Source of the DNA: Eledone cirrhosa
Taxonomy: Eukaryota
DNA: 64,000 nt
Direction of reading: 5' to 3'
Assembly (NCBI GenBank): GCA_964016885.1
Contig: OZ024742.1
Span: 87,606,001-87,670,000 of the forward strand
Of this stretch, positions 15,800 through 31,029 are shown in pieces. Below the pieces are notes generated by a model. That model did not search any database and was not told the origin of the DNA. It saw nothing but the letters and a program-made list of their open reading frames with translations. The translations under genes and the position numbers were made by a program. Position 1 is the stretch's first letter. Each line of letters opens with the position of its first letter.

Positions 15800-17470
15800 C
15801 CAGACAAATGATAGACGGCCATGCAGCTCCCTTCCCATGAAGCGCAGTTTTTGCGCTTTGTCACATTAAATAATATGTATGTGCAGTAATAGTGGAGATG
15901 TTACAAAGGGGAGAAGGAGATATGTGCTGTGTGGAAGAAGTGAGGTGAAGAGTTGTTTCGCCAAGATTCATCACTGGCAAGGAACACCAGTACAACATTT
16001 GTCTCGGTGAGTGGCGAAATTGAGGAATGTGGGAGATTTGTAGACCAGTTAGTTGTGGGAGTTAGTGTGAGTAAGATAATAAATATACGTAGACTAGCCT
16101 TGGACAAAGCTACAGCCACTATATGATCTGCATACTTCCCAGAAGCTGGACATGCCGATGAATAAAAAGGCCGTTACACTGAAAGCTCTCTTACAGATGT
16201 ACTCAATGAAATAGGCAAAAATCTTATGGTCGCAGCTGGTGATTTCAATGGTCATGTTGGGAACCATAATCACAGATTCCTTGACGTATATATGGGCTAT
16301 GAATATGACACACGAAATGGGGAGGGAGTCTACGCTTCTGGAGTTCTGCGAAGCTTTCGACATAAGGATCTGTAACACAAACTACAAGAAACCAGCCAAT
16401 AGCTAATTACCTGCCAATCAGATAGTCATATATGGATTAAGACACAAAAGCTAGTGTGGAGAAGGATGGCATATAAGCTCAGGTAAATCACCATAGGTGA
16501 CACATTTAGAGAAATCCTTCAGGATAATTATAACTGTAATGAAGATGCGTAAGAGATATATATAGGATTTCTAGGGGATAACCTGATAGAAGCCCCGGGC
16601 TAGATCTGCAGCTGGAACAAGGTCCCGTGATGACGGTGGGTTACCTGATTGATAAATGATAAGTTAGAAAGTGCTATTAACGTTAACAGAGAAGCGTGGA
16701 AAAAACGAAAACACGGTGTAAACAGAAAGCAATAAAGGCTATTTAGAAAGGAAGCAGGGCAAGCAAGTATACCCGAGTGTCAGAAAATAAAAGGTTCGTA
16801 CATGTTCTACCTCATGAAGATCATAGTTGTAAAGTGCTCAGAATATAGAGACGATATCAGGGAGGAAAGGTTGGTGTTGATGGAGAAAAGTATGTCAGAG
16901 CATGATTGTGGATCATTTGCTCTGTATTAAGCACAAAAGAAGGAAGCATGAAAATCATTCCTTGAGTGGTTGCTTAACGTGGCAGATAAATAGGATTGTG
17001 AGGGCCTACAATATACATAAGCGACTGAGAAACCATCCATAACATTTGTTAACAGTATGAGAGATAAACAATTTAAAGACAGGAATGTGGCGAAGCAGCT
17101 GAAATGCCAGATACATCGAGCATGGAAGAATACGTGCTTGCCTCACGCAACATTTATCAAGTAGTACAGGATCGTATCACATGTAACGAGTGGCACAGCA
17201 GAATATGTGTAAAATGGTAGAAGAGTAACGGTGATGTACTAGAGGGAAGTAGCTACAGAAGCATTATGCTGATTGACAATTAATTGAATGTTGCTGAAAG
17301 GGTTACAGCAAATTTAATTGGGAGAACATAAGGTTTGGATATATGCCACGTAAGGATACCATCGGTGCAACCATTTTGGAGTGGCACTTGTCTAAGAGTA
17401 ACTCACTGTGTCTAGAATTTGTCAATTTGGAGAGGGCTTTCGATAGGGCCTTATGCTCTATGATGGGCAA
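15800..17470 (+). mobile_element. Degenerate RTE-clade LINE (AP endonuclease plus start of RT)
   Basis: AGDFNGHVG at ~16235-16261; 'TRNGEG...LLEFCEAFDIRICNTNYKKP' at ~16310-16395; 'YRSIMLID' (~NYRGI.LL) at ~17255; 'FVNLERAFDR' (~FVDLEKAFDR) at ~17420-17447; many stops. Confidence 0.8.
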
Positions 17471-17511
17471 TTATCGACTCTTAACAATATATATATATAT
17501 ATATAGATATT

Positions 17512-17542
<31 letters not shown>

Positions 17543-17776
17543 ATGTGTGTGTGTGTCTGAATATATATGTGTATGTATATGTGTGTTGGTGGGATGACTC
17601 ACACTGCCTTTCTGTCGGTGAGTGCATATGTATGCATGTCTGTGTATGTATTACATACCTTATTTTCTATTGTTCCAACATGGGGTAACCTTCCATATGA
17701 CTCGTTTTCTTTACACTATATGGCTAACATTAAGACTCGAAATACTATATGTATACGCATCAATTGTAGTTTATGG

Positions 17777-17815
<39 letters not shown>

Positions 17816-17947
17816 GAAATAAGAATAGTTATATTCATATATGTTTAATACAACTATAAATATGGAGGGTAGTGCTAAGTAATTGCCGTATACCGTATGA
17901 CAAATGGCTCAATGCAAATGTTCAAGTGTTTTACAGAGCCGAGATAC

Positions 17948-18188
17948 AAAGCGGTAAAACGATAACATTTTAGTTTAGAACATTTATTTCCTAACAATTG
18001 TAACTTCCAGAGGGAAATCTCGTATCATCGGAGCATAGGCAACGTCAAAACAGTTGACTAAAATCCAAGTCCTTTTAACCACATATTTTGACATTCCCTA
18101 TGCTCCGATGATACCCGACTTGCCCCTGGAGGAACCAATTGTCAGCAAATAAATGTTCTAAACAAAAATTTGATCGTGTTAACACTTT
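17948..18188. repeat. Fold-back element (arms ~17948-18050 / ~18086-18188) with hammerhead-like motif
   Basis: TTTAGAACATTTATTT...TATCATCGGAGCATAGG is the reverse complement of CCTATGCTCCGATGATA...AAATAAATGTTCTAAA; followed by (TA)n. Confidence 0.85.
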
Positions 18189-18267
18189 ATATATATATTT
18201 ATATAAATAGATATATATATATGACACTTTATATATATATATTTATATATATATATTCATATATATA

Positions 18268-18345
<78 letters not shown>

Positions 18346-18375
18346 TATATATATATATGTATATATGTGTCTATA

Positions 18376-18586
18376 ATTATAAATGTAAGCTATCGCCGTA
18401 TTTTGACTAAATAAACTAAAGAAAATTATTTAGCCTAATAGTGGGGTAAGAACCGTCGGAGAAATGGAAAAAGGCTGAGTATTGGCGTACATGTACGTCA
18501 ATACTCATCTTTTCCCCACTATTAGGCTAAATCTTTTTCTTTAATTTCTTTAGTCAAAATTCGGCGATAGCTTACAATTACAATTT
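18376..18586. repeat. Imperfect palindrome centred on GTACATGTAC
   Basis: TGTAAGCTATCGCCG..TTTTGACTAA..TTTAGCCTAATAGTGGGG vs CCCCACTATTAGGCTAAA..TTAGTCAAAA..CGGCGATAGCTTACA; between (TA)n tracts. Confidence 0.9.
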
Positions 18587-18622
18587 CAAACTCACTCGCT
18601 GTTTCGAAAATATTCTTACCTG

Positions 18623-19116
<494 letters not shown>

Positions 19117-19174
19117 TATATATAATAAAATGTGGAGAGGAAGCTCACAAGTTAGGATATATATATATATATGG

Positions 19175-19920
19175 TGAAAACAGGGAGAAAGACGATTATT
19201 AGGAAGAACAATTATTTTTCTCCTTTTTTGTTTATCCCGCTCTTTTTTCTGGGTATTTGATTAAAACGAAATGGTTTATTTTGTGTGAAGTGTATTAGTT
19301 GATTTATTTATTATTTAACATTAGCATTTATATATCTATTTATATATTTCAATATTGTCTATAACCTGTTTCAGCATTTTTATGCATTATCAAATGAAAG
19401 TGAAATGTATTAGTGTGGTGTCGCACATGTTAAACAGAATGTGCAGAAAGAATAATGTTATTTACAAACAAGGTTTATGAAGTGAAAAGGAAAAAGAAAA
19501 AGGACAAAAAAACGTGCATAATGTAGAGCATAAAAAGTCAATGTGGTAGGAAAAATAATGTTATTTACAAGAGTCATTGATGTTAAGCAGATCAAAATGT
19601 GTTATATAGCAAGATTGCTTAGTTGATCCATGATTCTATGAGGGAGGCAAATGGACGGACTGAGGTTTGATATGATTTCCCTTTTTAAAGAGTTAATATG
19701 CATGGAGAAGCAATTCTTGGTGGATTATATATAATTTATTTAAGAAAAAGGATTAGGTAGGATTAGGTTAAATAATGAATAAATCAACTAATACCTTAAC
19801 ACTTCACACAAAGTAAAACATTTCGTTTTAATCATTTTCTTACCCAGAAAAAAGAGAGAGAGAAACAAAATAGGAAAAAAAATATATTTGTCTTCCTAAT
19901 AATCGTCTCTTTCTCCCTGT

Positions 19921-19925
<5 letters not shown>
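19175..19925. repeat. TA-flanked element with ~145-bp inverted arms (19175-19319 / ~19768-19925)
   Basis: GAAAACAGGGAGAAAGACGATTATTAGGAAGA... vs ...TCTTCCTAATAATCGTCTCTTTCTCCCTGTTTTC; degenerate hammerhead-like motif on minus at ~19356-19400. Confidence 0.9.
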
Positions 19926-19986
<61 letters not shown>

Positions 19987-20065
19987 GTGTGTGTGTGTGT
20001 GTGTGTATAACTGTATATCGCTAGCTTGCCCACCACTGACACTTCGATTTTACTAAACTTCCACT

Positions 20066-20103
<38 letters not shown>

Positions 20104-20175
20104 TGGTGTTGGATGCTTAAACCGACCGTATGAGGTAGGCCGAATGAACACTCGATGCCCTCATAGAGCAGAGTA

Positions 20176-20997
20176 TGATATCAAAGAAAAAAGAGGATCA
20201 ATGTTGCGACGAAAGGAATTTATTGGACATATTACAATTTATTCTCGGGCACCGGCTCGAGACACGATCGATGTGGTGATCAAGCCTGACTCAGAAATCG
20301 TGTGGTTCTCGAATACGTCTCGGATACGTCTCGGATACGTCTCGATCCTTTTGTCCTTTAACATCGTATTCTTTCGTTTGTTCATTTTGATCCGGTTGTT
20401 GTCATTCTATGAGTGGTCAAGAATTGTACACGTCACATGTATTTCTAGCCACTCATGGTTGTCCACTGTTTGGTTATTCTCCCCTATTAGACATTTTTAA
20501 AAATTCCCTCCAAACATTATGTAAAATGACTGCCGCATACAGCATAATTGCGGGTGTGTATATGTCCGCTGTGGACGAGGGAGCTTAGGGACAATGAAGA
20601 CATCGAAGTGATGACAGTTGCTCAAGATTACAGTACCTCTCCCACCACAGTAGTAATTCTGATATATGAAGACATTTTGATTGACAAGTGGAGAAGGAGA
20701 AGAACCAAACAGTGGACAAAGATGATTGGCTAGAAATACCGGTGCCGTGTACAATTCTTGACAAATCATGGAATGAAAACAACAGGATCTAAATTAACAA
20801 ATGAAAGAATTCGATCTTAAAGGACAATAGGAAAATCTGCTTCGTAAAATCGATACGTATCCGAGGACCGCGCGATTTCAGAGTCAGGTTTGATCACCAC
20901 ACCGATCGTGCCTCGAGCTGGTCGCCCGAGAAACAATTGTAATATGTCCAATAAATTCCTTTCGTCGCAACTCTGATTCTCTTTTTTCTGTGATATC
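20176..20997. repeat. Element with ~310-bp inverted arms (~20176-20485 / ~20690-20997); possible GIY-YIG remnant in the spacer
   Basis: GTTGCGACGAAAGGAATTTATTGGACATATTACAATT vs AATTGTAATATGTCCAATAAATTCCTTTCGTCGCAAC; spacer translates 'NCGCVYV' and 'DIEVMTVAQD...ILIYEDILIDKW'. Confidence 0.85.
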
Positions 20998-21011
20998 TCT
21001 CTCTCTCTCCC

Positions 21012-21099
<88 letters not shown>

Positions 21100-22249
21100 T
21101 ATATATATGTATGTATATATATATATATATATATAATGTGTGTGTGTGTGTGTCCGTATGTATGTGTGTGTATAAAAATGTATATACGCATGTGTTTATA
21201 TAAGTCATTGTATTTAGTTAAATATACCGTATGGTGATTGTTTTGAATTATTCGATGGCTTCAATTTTGATTCCCATAAGAATGAGACAGAAGAACCCAA
21301 CACAGAATCCAACACATACTTTTGATTCACCGATATCAATTTCATATATGTCCTTAGGTTTACAAATTGTCATTGAATTAACTGTGATACATCTTTATTT
21401 GGGTATATCAGTTGTATAGTTATATATGTAAATTATTCATATCAAATTCTCAGAAAAAAAGCACTCTATTATTATCTCTGTCAAGACGCGGCTTTTAATG
21501 ATTTTTCATTAAATAGTTTGTAGAAAGTGCCTAAAATATACTAAAATACCCAATGCAATTCGATTACATAACTTAAATGGTAGTTTTGGAATAAACTGTC
21601 CGTAATTATAACACGTAGAAATTATAACATTTATCGATGTAGAAAATGCCATTTACTTTTGGAAAGTTAAGCTATATCTCCGTGTCACATATGATTTTAA
21701 TGAATCAGCAGGCATCATCGTTATTATCATGTAACAGCATCGTAATCATTATGTTAAAAACACGCATAAGATATCACAATTTATTAGATAACATTTTACA
21801 CATACTGTCAATATTATGTTCTTAGTTTCAGTTAATTATGAAGTGCTGTTATCCATATAAAATAACAATTCTCTGTTTGAATATCGTATTCATAAAAATA
21901 CGTATACCATATATGGATTGTGAAGCTGCTATTACTCAGCCCTGATTAAACAGAACTATAAATAAAGCACATCGGGATTGATGATATGTTCATTAGCCAA
22001 TGCTTGTAATTGTGCTCCTTTTATCAGTGAGGATTTGGGATTTGGCGATAGCTTACATCTTTTGTGTAGCAAGAAATGTTGAGTCCAGTCCGTTCTTCGC
22101 GTTTGTGTGTCTGTTTCGGTATATATTAAATTATCCAAGTGTATGTAATTATTTTCTCACACTAATCAGCGTAATGAATATTCTAAAATGTCAGATGTTT
22201 ACCGAGAAGGAAAAATTATATGACAGAGCGAACATAATTTCGGAAGAGG

Positions 22250-23450
22250 GAAGAGGTAGAAGATGTTGCCTTTAAATTTCAAGTGCAGGAAATCAAAATT
22301 CGGGAGTAAATTCCATTAGCTAGGAGACCTATATCATATTATAATGTAGAGTACGATTTAGGAATGTCAAACGTAAAACATGAGGCTTTACCTCAAATCT
22401 GCAATTGCGTTTAGACTCATGAAAACGCGATAACAAAATGAAATCTCATCAGCAAAAAGAATTCGTGAGAATATTTATAGAAAAGTCAGAGAGAGATAAC
22501 ACTTCAAAGGAGCAATATTCTTTGAAGACGAAATGATTAGGCAGGTTTAACAATATAGAACATTCTTTGGATTTTTCCTGACTCTCAAGCTGTATAGCAG
22601 AAACACTAGATAACAGCTAGAAACAGTACGTTATTCAATGACTAGTTATAGATTTATAAAAATATCAGTTACCTTTAGGTGTGAAACTTTCCCTGGCATG
22701 ACAGAGTGAACTGACAAGTGTAATTGACTATAAAATACAATCCAGCTTAATTCATGGGATAATATCTTACCAGAATAACGAGATACTAATTATCGTTTCA
22801 CTTGTGGTCTAAAACCAATCATACACACGGAAGGCAAATATTGTTCTCTATAGCGTTTAAAATATAGCATCTTAGTTTTGGATGTACTACAATAAAAGGT
22901 TATTTCTCGCCTCACACAACAGATCAAAGTCATATTAAAGACCAACTGCAAATTGAACTCCATCATATATATTAGACAATATTACGACAAACACCAAGAG
23001 CAGCATCATTAGCATAAACAAAAAGAATTGTGAATGTACGTCATCTAGAAGATTGTTGCTTAAACTCAATAAACAGTTTAGATCTGATAGTGGATTCCTG
23101 GGGGTTCCTGCGTTAATGTGGGATTACATATATGATATATAGTTAAAGATAGTTCATTTGAATCAACATAACCCCTCAATCTATGAAGACAACCAGCCAT
23201 TGAAAGTTTTTAAACATATTTAAAACAACATCACTAGGCTCACCAGATTTATCCAAAGCAAGGCAATGAATGTTAAATTCATCGTGAGGCATGAAATACA
23301 TATTTTTATTTTCTGAAAGAGAACCCAAAATTATAGGATGTTTAATCAAATAAGAATTCAATAGAACTACAGATACTATGCTAAACTGTGGTAGAAAACC
23401 AAGTGTGCAACAGATGGATCAGACCTCTTAAGGCATAAACAAATAGAAGT
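22250..23450 (+). mobile_element. Degenerate Ty3/Gypsy gag-protease fragment
   Basis: 'FEDEMIRQV' (gag-like, ~22520-22548), decayed zinc knuckle 'FTCG...H..KYC' (~22797-22850), aspartic protease-like 'LIVDS(G)GSCVNV' with a frameshift at ~23085-23120. Confidence 0.45.
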
Positions 23451-24825
23451 GGATTTCAACAAGACGAATTGTTGAATTCTATGTGCCATTAGTTGTAAAT
23501 TTTAGATAAAGCAAGAACTACGACAGGTAAGCCATTCTATAATGCTATAGCGGCATCACCAGCATGACCACATGCTTATTGAAAACACAGTGTAGGGAAT
23601 ATATATATATATACATTGCAATATCGTTTAAGAGTTCTATGTCTGGCTCCAGGCAAAGCTGCTCCAGATGCTTCAAAAATACAATTAGAAGGGAATTTCA
23701 TTTAAAGGCATTCAACTATTTCAATCGAAATTAACACTTGAAATTGATTAAAAGAGAATAAATTAAGGATGTACACGTACTTAACAACGTGTCACTGAGA
23801 TGCTAGCAGTTTTCTAAACCAACCATTTGGGAAGCAAAGCAGCCAGCCATTCATTCAATTGGGCGCCAAATGCTTAGCCTCGTCCGGGACACTCATTTAG
23901 TTATTTTCTGCTTCACATGTATGAAACTGTTATGATCAGAGTGACCGCATTGACACAACTGGAAATGTTTATTTATGTATAGGCTAAGTTTAACCCAATT
24001 ACTTTCGTTCCTGGTCGATGCTATATGTTGCTGTATTAGTTTATTATTATGTTAGAGTATATTGCTTCTTTATTGTTTGAGTTTAGTTGTAGTAGGCTCG
24101 TGACGCTTCGGCTTCATGCAAGAATGAATGTACTTATATAGTACTCAACCTGTTAGTATAGGTTTTATATATAGTGCATTACACACTATCATCGGGATTT
24201 GAGAGTACATATGTATGATACGTGTGTATGTGTGTGTATTGCTGAGAGTACGTTAACGTAAACGGCAATTAAATGAATATATTTCCCTGCTTCATATAAC
24301 ATTTCTCTTATCTCTATATATATATATATATATTTCAAGCAATAATAATCCACATGTACAATTAAATGTTGACAACTTAACATTCACAGAAACACTAATT
24401 GACAGACAGGAAATATTGTTGTAGACAACAATAAAAAGGGACATATTTTCCTCAGTCTCAGTCAGGAGAATAGTGATTGTAGAGGAAGAACACAAATGGT
24501 CCCATTAAAATCATTCAATACAGGTACATCTATATCCGTGTATGTAGATTTACATTGTTATCCAATATTTTGCAGGGTGTGATCAGTAATTGATTCCTAG
24601 GATTGTTTGCCTGGGGCGGCAAGTTGAATGAAATGTTAATGATTACAATATAAAACGATTGCTATGAAACTTTATAAACGAATTTGAAAGGAGCTATTCA
24701 CATGAATAGGTAGCGAGCAATATAAAATAAATAGTGGTTGATCTATATGTAGTATAAGTTGGATCTGCAGGAAAAAATAGCAAGACAATAACTTAAATTT
24801 TATGTAGCTAATGGAGCAGCCAGCA

Positions 24826-24887
<62 letters not shown>

Positions 24888-24946
24888 ACAGATGTAGTAA
24901 TAGAAATGTTCCCATTAATAGAAGAAGCATTAATGCGCAAAATGTT

Positions 24947-24993
<47 letters not shown>

Positions 24994-25729
24994 TACACAC
25001 ATATATATATACATATATATTAATTTGTTTTGCAATTTCTTTTATGCAATCGAAATATATGTCGTAACATATAAGTGCAGCACATTGACCTATTTAAGCA
25101 GAATCACACCAGTTTTACACATTTGTCACTGTCGCCTTTCCCGACAACACACCCAATTTGGAAAGCAGGAATTTCACACTTTAGTGTAACACTTACATAT
25201 TCTACGTCACTACAACCATCTTTCTCACTAGTGGAACACACATTATCCACTCACGTTTAAAGTAAAGTGTTGATCGTTAACTACAATGTACTGTATGGTT
25301 TCTTATTTCAATTAATCAACATTTGTGTCATTATGTTTTACAACTTTTTTTTCAATTATTTTGTTTTAATTTCTTAATTTTTTATTATTTTTGTATTTGT
25401 TGACCTGTATTTATTTATTAATTCATGTATATTTCTCTATTTTAATTTCATTTTTCCTTACCCTACGCCAGCCTGTATATGTTTATTTTTCTTTAATTTT
25501 TCTAATTACTTTCCCACCTTAAAGAAAACCTTTCATTTTGTATTATATTTTTTTGCCATTTTAGCTTCATTCTATCAGTTTCTTTTTATTGTGTGTGTGA
25601 GCGTATGTGTTCCATTTATTTTCTCTTTATTTTGTTAAACATCTGTTCAAATATTTTATTACTTTTACTCGTTTTATATTTATTTATTTTCAGTTGTTTT
25701 GATATTTTTTAATTTTATTATTAATTAAA

Positions 25730-25826
<97 letters not shown>

Positions 25827-25856
25827 TGTGTATGTATGTATGTATGTATACATATA

Positions 25857-25928
<72 letters not shown>

Positions 25929-26333
25929 GCAAAGGAGGAGAGATGATATATATCACATATTAAACTACAGTTTATTAGATTTCACAAATTATATACATTT
26001 CAATGGCATAAAACTATTATTGTGATTATGAAACTGAAGTTTCAGCACATATTCAAAATACACGCTGAACAATATAACATAATTATCTTAATTAAAACAT
26101 ATTTTTGAAGAGAAAGCAATTGATAACTATTACATAATGATATTTTAATGCCTTCGAAACGTACACAATATGTATGATGTGATAAACTGAATATGGAATA
26201 ATTTCTCTATCACATTAATAAAAATAAATACTCCGTCTGATACCATAAAGGTAATAACATATGGTACCCACAGCTTGGAGTGCTTACGTTTGATTACACA
26301 TCAGTTGGAAGATTGTTGAATCAACCAACACCG

Positions 26334-26392
<59 letters not shown>

Positions 26393-27369
26393 CAAATACA
26401 CACATAAACATATGTATATAAATATATGTATGTGTATGTGTATGTGTGTGTGTGCCTGCTAGTGTATAAATGCACATTTATGTGAGATGTAGATTGGCGA
26501 GTTAAATTAACAGAATATGAAATGCTTCCCGAATTCTCAATAACATAGTCTTAGATACCTCGGAATTTGTCATGAGTTATGTCCTTAATATCCATATAAC
26601 ACTTGTGTTTACTCGATATATTATAAATACAATCTGTACAACATATGTATTTAACCCACTATATTATTTTATTTATCTGTTGAATCATATGTTCTTAAAA
26701 TATGTTCTTACTTATAACGTTGCGACTCTTCTAATAACAAATAATTGATTCATATTTCTTGAACAAGTATAGACTTATCTTAGTACTCAGACAGCTGGTA
26801 TGCTGCCATTAATAAATAGGTTGTTTCATAAAACCTATGACAAATAAGGAGATGCGCTATTCAGTAAGCCTAAATATGAACTAATGATAAGATAACCCAC
26901 ATGTACTGTTATAATTTATCGGACAATTAAGAAAAATAAACACTGTTCAAAATTCTATTTTGAATATTTCACAATATAAAGGTTAACTTATTTAATTAGT
27001 GGATTATCATTCATGATAGTAAAGTGGTTTTCAATAGTTGCACCCAGGTAAAACCTCTTTTAGCTTATTTATTTCCACATAAATATACACACGAAACATA
27101 TCACCTTCATTTATTTCTGTCTAAAATAAATAGTATAAATTATTCCATATGATTTATATTACGTAAGCATCGGGTCTGTGCAAATGTCCTGATCCAGGTT
27201 ACGATGCCATAAAAACATGCTTCGAGACAATGAATTAGAGAAAAGCTTTTTTTCATAAAATTGACAATTATGCATATGGTATTGAAGTAAAAAAAAATAA
27301 TAGATTTTTCTAACAACACATTATTTATTATTGTCAATATCCATTGAAGTATAAACAGTTAATCATGTT

Positions 27370-27445
27370 TCTAGTTTTTGGCACAAGGCCAGCAATTACC
27401 ATGTGAATTACAGGTACTTTATTTTATCGACCCCGTAAGGATAAA
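27370..27445 (-). mobile_element. SINE family A 3' fragment
   Basis: TGTTTCTA..GGCACAAGGCCAGCAATTACC...GGTACTTTATTTTATCGACCCCGTAAGGAT. Confidence 0.85.
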
Positions 27446-27652
27446 CAGTTAATAATGATTGGTATTGTACCTTACATACATTACCATATGACTGGAATTT
27501 CATTTTGACAAATCGAAAAATTCAAATCAAATTATATGTTCTACTTTATATTCATATAAATTTAAATCGCCGATCTATTAATCTCTCTATGTAGAAACAT
27601 ATAAACATATATATACATATAAGTCTATATTCATATATCATATATATATACA

Positions 27653-27758
<106 letters not shown>

Positions 27759-28660
27759 TATATATATATACTTGCAAGCATGCATACGCACACACATACA
27801 TACAATTCTAATTTTATTTTTATATATATACTCATATATATTAATTATCGTTCTATGAATCATGTGTGCTAAAATGCAAGAAGTTTAAATTTCAATGATA
27901 ATTTGAATTTTGCTCCCATTTCTAAGTGACGCAATGGTCGATTACTCCTGTCACCGTACCAGCTCAGAAGATGGGAACTGTTAGCGGAATCCCAGATGAA
28001 AAGGCTTGGGAGGGTAGGTAGTTCTTAAAAGTTTGATATGGACACAGTACTCTGCCTAAGCAAAGCACACTAACAATCTATATCATTTGCATTGATCTAA
28101 ACACACCTAAAATCCACATTGTATAATTGCTGTTATTTTTATATTGATGATGATGATGATTATTATTATTATTATTATTATGATAGTGATGATGATGGAG
28201 ATGGTGAGAATGAGGAGAAGGGGTGATGATGAAAATGATAATGATGATGATGCTATTTGTTGTTAAGTTGGGGATTTGTAAATGCGGTAATATTATTTTA
28301 GATTCTGTAACCGTAATAGGATGAACAATACCAAGTGAAATGAGATACCCATTTATTTTCATGTACCATATGCATACATGTATAATTAGCTACTGTTATA
28401 TTTAGTCGAATTATTCCCATTTGTCCGGTTGTTTTTATGGTTTATTTCAAGAAAAACAGGTGTGCTCATCCCTATAATATGTCCAATCGGATTCTAGCAA
28501 AATATATTCAAATCTTTCCATTTATATTATAAGATTCGTTAATGCAATGTAAACAAATGTATGTGGCCACCTCGAAATTCAGCTGTAATATGTTTGCACC
28601 TACATTGCTGTGGGGATGTTACGAATTGGGAATACATATAGTGGATTGTGCATTAGCACG

Positions 28661-28708
<48 letters not shown>

Positions 28709-28993
28709 ATCCATGCAGGTATCAAAAATGAAAATGATCAACCTAGTAGAGGAGGGCTTATTTGCATGATGTTAAAGTTCGTATACTTAACATAAATGCG
28801 TGACTTTTGTTTTCGGTGTACAGTCATGACTCCTACTGTATACATATCCTTACGCCTGCGGGAATGTCTTACTGTTATAAAGACGACTTCACTACAGAGC
28901 GGTACACATAACTGAATAATAAAACCGTTTACACATATGTGTACGCATTACGTGTATGAAACTTAATACCTATTATATATATTTATTTATGTG

Positions 28994-29106
<113 letters not shown>

Positions 29107-31029
29107 AGAGGATCATATTGTTATAATATTGCCAGAAATATTAAATGAACACACTCCACTGTTTTCCCTTCTGTATCTTGTATATCTCCACTGTTAATTT
29201 AATATATATATATAGAACAAGTTGAAACAAACAGATATTTGAAATTCTAGTCTTAATATGGCCCAGGTGTTTAATATGGGGTGTGGATCGAGGTTGGAAA
29301 CCCATGTGTGCCATGGGTGTTGTTACCTTTGTGAATATTGAGTGCATTTATTGTGCGTCGCCTTTTGCTTGTGTTTGTGTGGCTCATGTGCACGTGTATC
29401 AGCGCGTATCTGTGATATGTTTGCATAGTTTTTTCTGCGTGGCTGTGTTCTCATGTGTATAATTTTTTCTGAGTTTGTGTGTATCCGCGGCTATCTTTTC
29501 TGTGTTTCTCTCTTGTTGGGGTGCATAGATGCCTCTTCTTGTGTTTCCGTGTCTATATACATGTCCGGTTTTCATATCAAGGTTAAGGCTTTCATTTGTG
29601 GGTTACATTATGGTGTATTGCTCCTGTATTTAGTAGATAGGATGCGTGTGCGCGGGTTTAATGGGTGTAGGCGTGTCTGCAATGGTTGCCGTCAATGCCC
29701 ACTTCTATATTGATTTATCTATTAACAATCCAGCATAAGATGTGTAGTGCATCAAATTCATTGCAACATATTTTATTCAGAAGTCCATGTGTTCAACAGA
29801 GGTTATTTGAAATGTATTCAGAATGAAATCTTAAACGTATGAAATAATTTAATTACTATTTATAGAGAGGGAAAGAGAGAGAGAAACAAAGCCGGATACA
29901 TATATATGTTAATGTGTGTGTATTTTTGTCATGGATTATATTTACACCAGACTAAAACGTGTTCTGTGTTTACTGTGTTTTTATTTTCAATATCTGAAAA
30001 TAATTACTGGAATGAAATATGATTTATGTTTGAGGTATCGTCTAAACAATTGAGGAAGTCACAGTCGTATTGACGTTGGCGAATAATCGAGAACAGTATA
30101 ATAATAAATTGGTAAAGCATAAAGTGAAAAAATGGATTTATATGAATCAAATATGTGTTGCTGTTTACCATTAGGCCTGACACGTTTGGTCAAATCTATG
30201 AACAAAATCATTCATAAAATCGTCATTCTCAATGAATTTGTTCTTGTCGTTCTTCATAGGTAACGGACATTCATTATCGATGTATTAGTCACAGGATTGT
30301 AATTTCAAATATAATCATCTTCTTCTTCTTAAAGGTATGAGTCAAAAATAATTTTATTATAGACTCTATGTAGCAATATAAGGCAGACATATGTTGAATC
30401 ATATTTCATCTTTGATAAAGGTAGCTATTTGGAGCAAGCTGGTAGAACTCAAACAATGTTCCATCTAGGCTCGAGAGAAAATCGTTTTTTTTAAAATAAA
30501 ATATTTACATCAGACTACATATTATAGATAAAAATAATATAATATTTGCACTCGAGTAGTTATCAGTATCACTAATTGTGTGTACATATAGGAGTGCATA
30601 TGATATTTAACATTCCTTACATTAATAACTATAATCATGACGTGAGTATGTTTTGAAATATAAATAACGAAGTTGGTTCATAAAATACAAGATGATGAGA
30701 AACTAAAATATACATATGAGATTTGATTATTATTATTACAATTTTTTGCTGATATTTGCTCATTCAGACAATAATATCGACAATGATATTATGGATAACA
30801 ATTATTACATATCAGTAGAAATGGGGTATAAGAATGAGCATGAAGAAGTTCATATATATGTTAGTGCAATATCATGCTTCTGTGTGTATATATACATAAT
30901 AAGATGTGTAAAATATGATATGATATTTACAGCTAATCTAATTCTGGCAATTCAACGATACACGCATTCACAGATACACAAACATTCATATATACAAACG
31001 CAAATATATATAGATATATACATATACAT

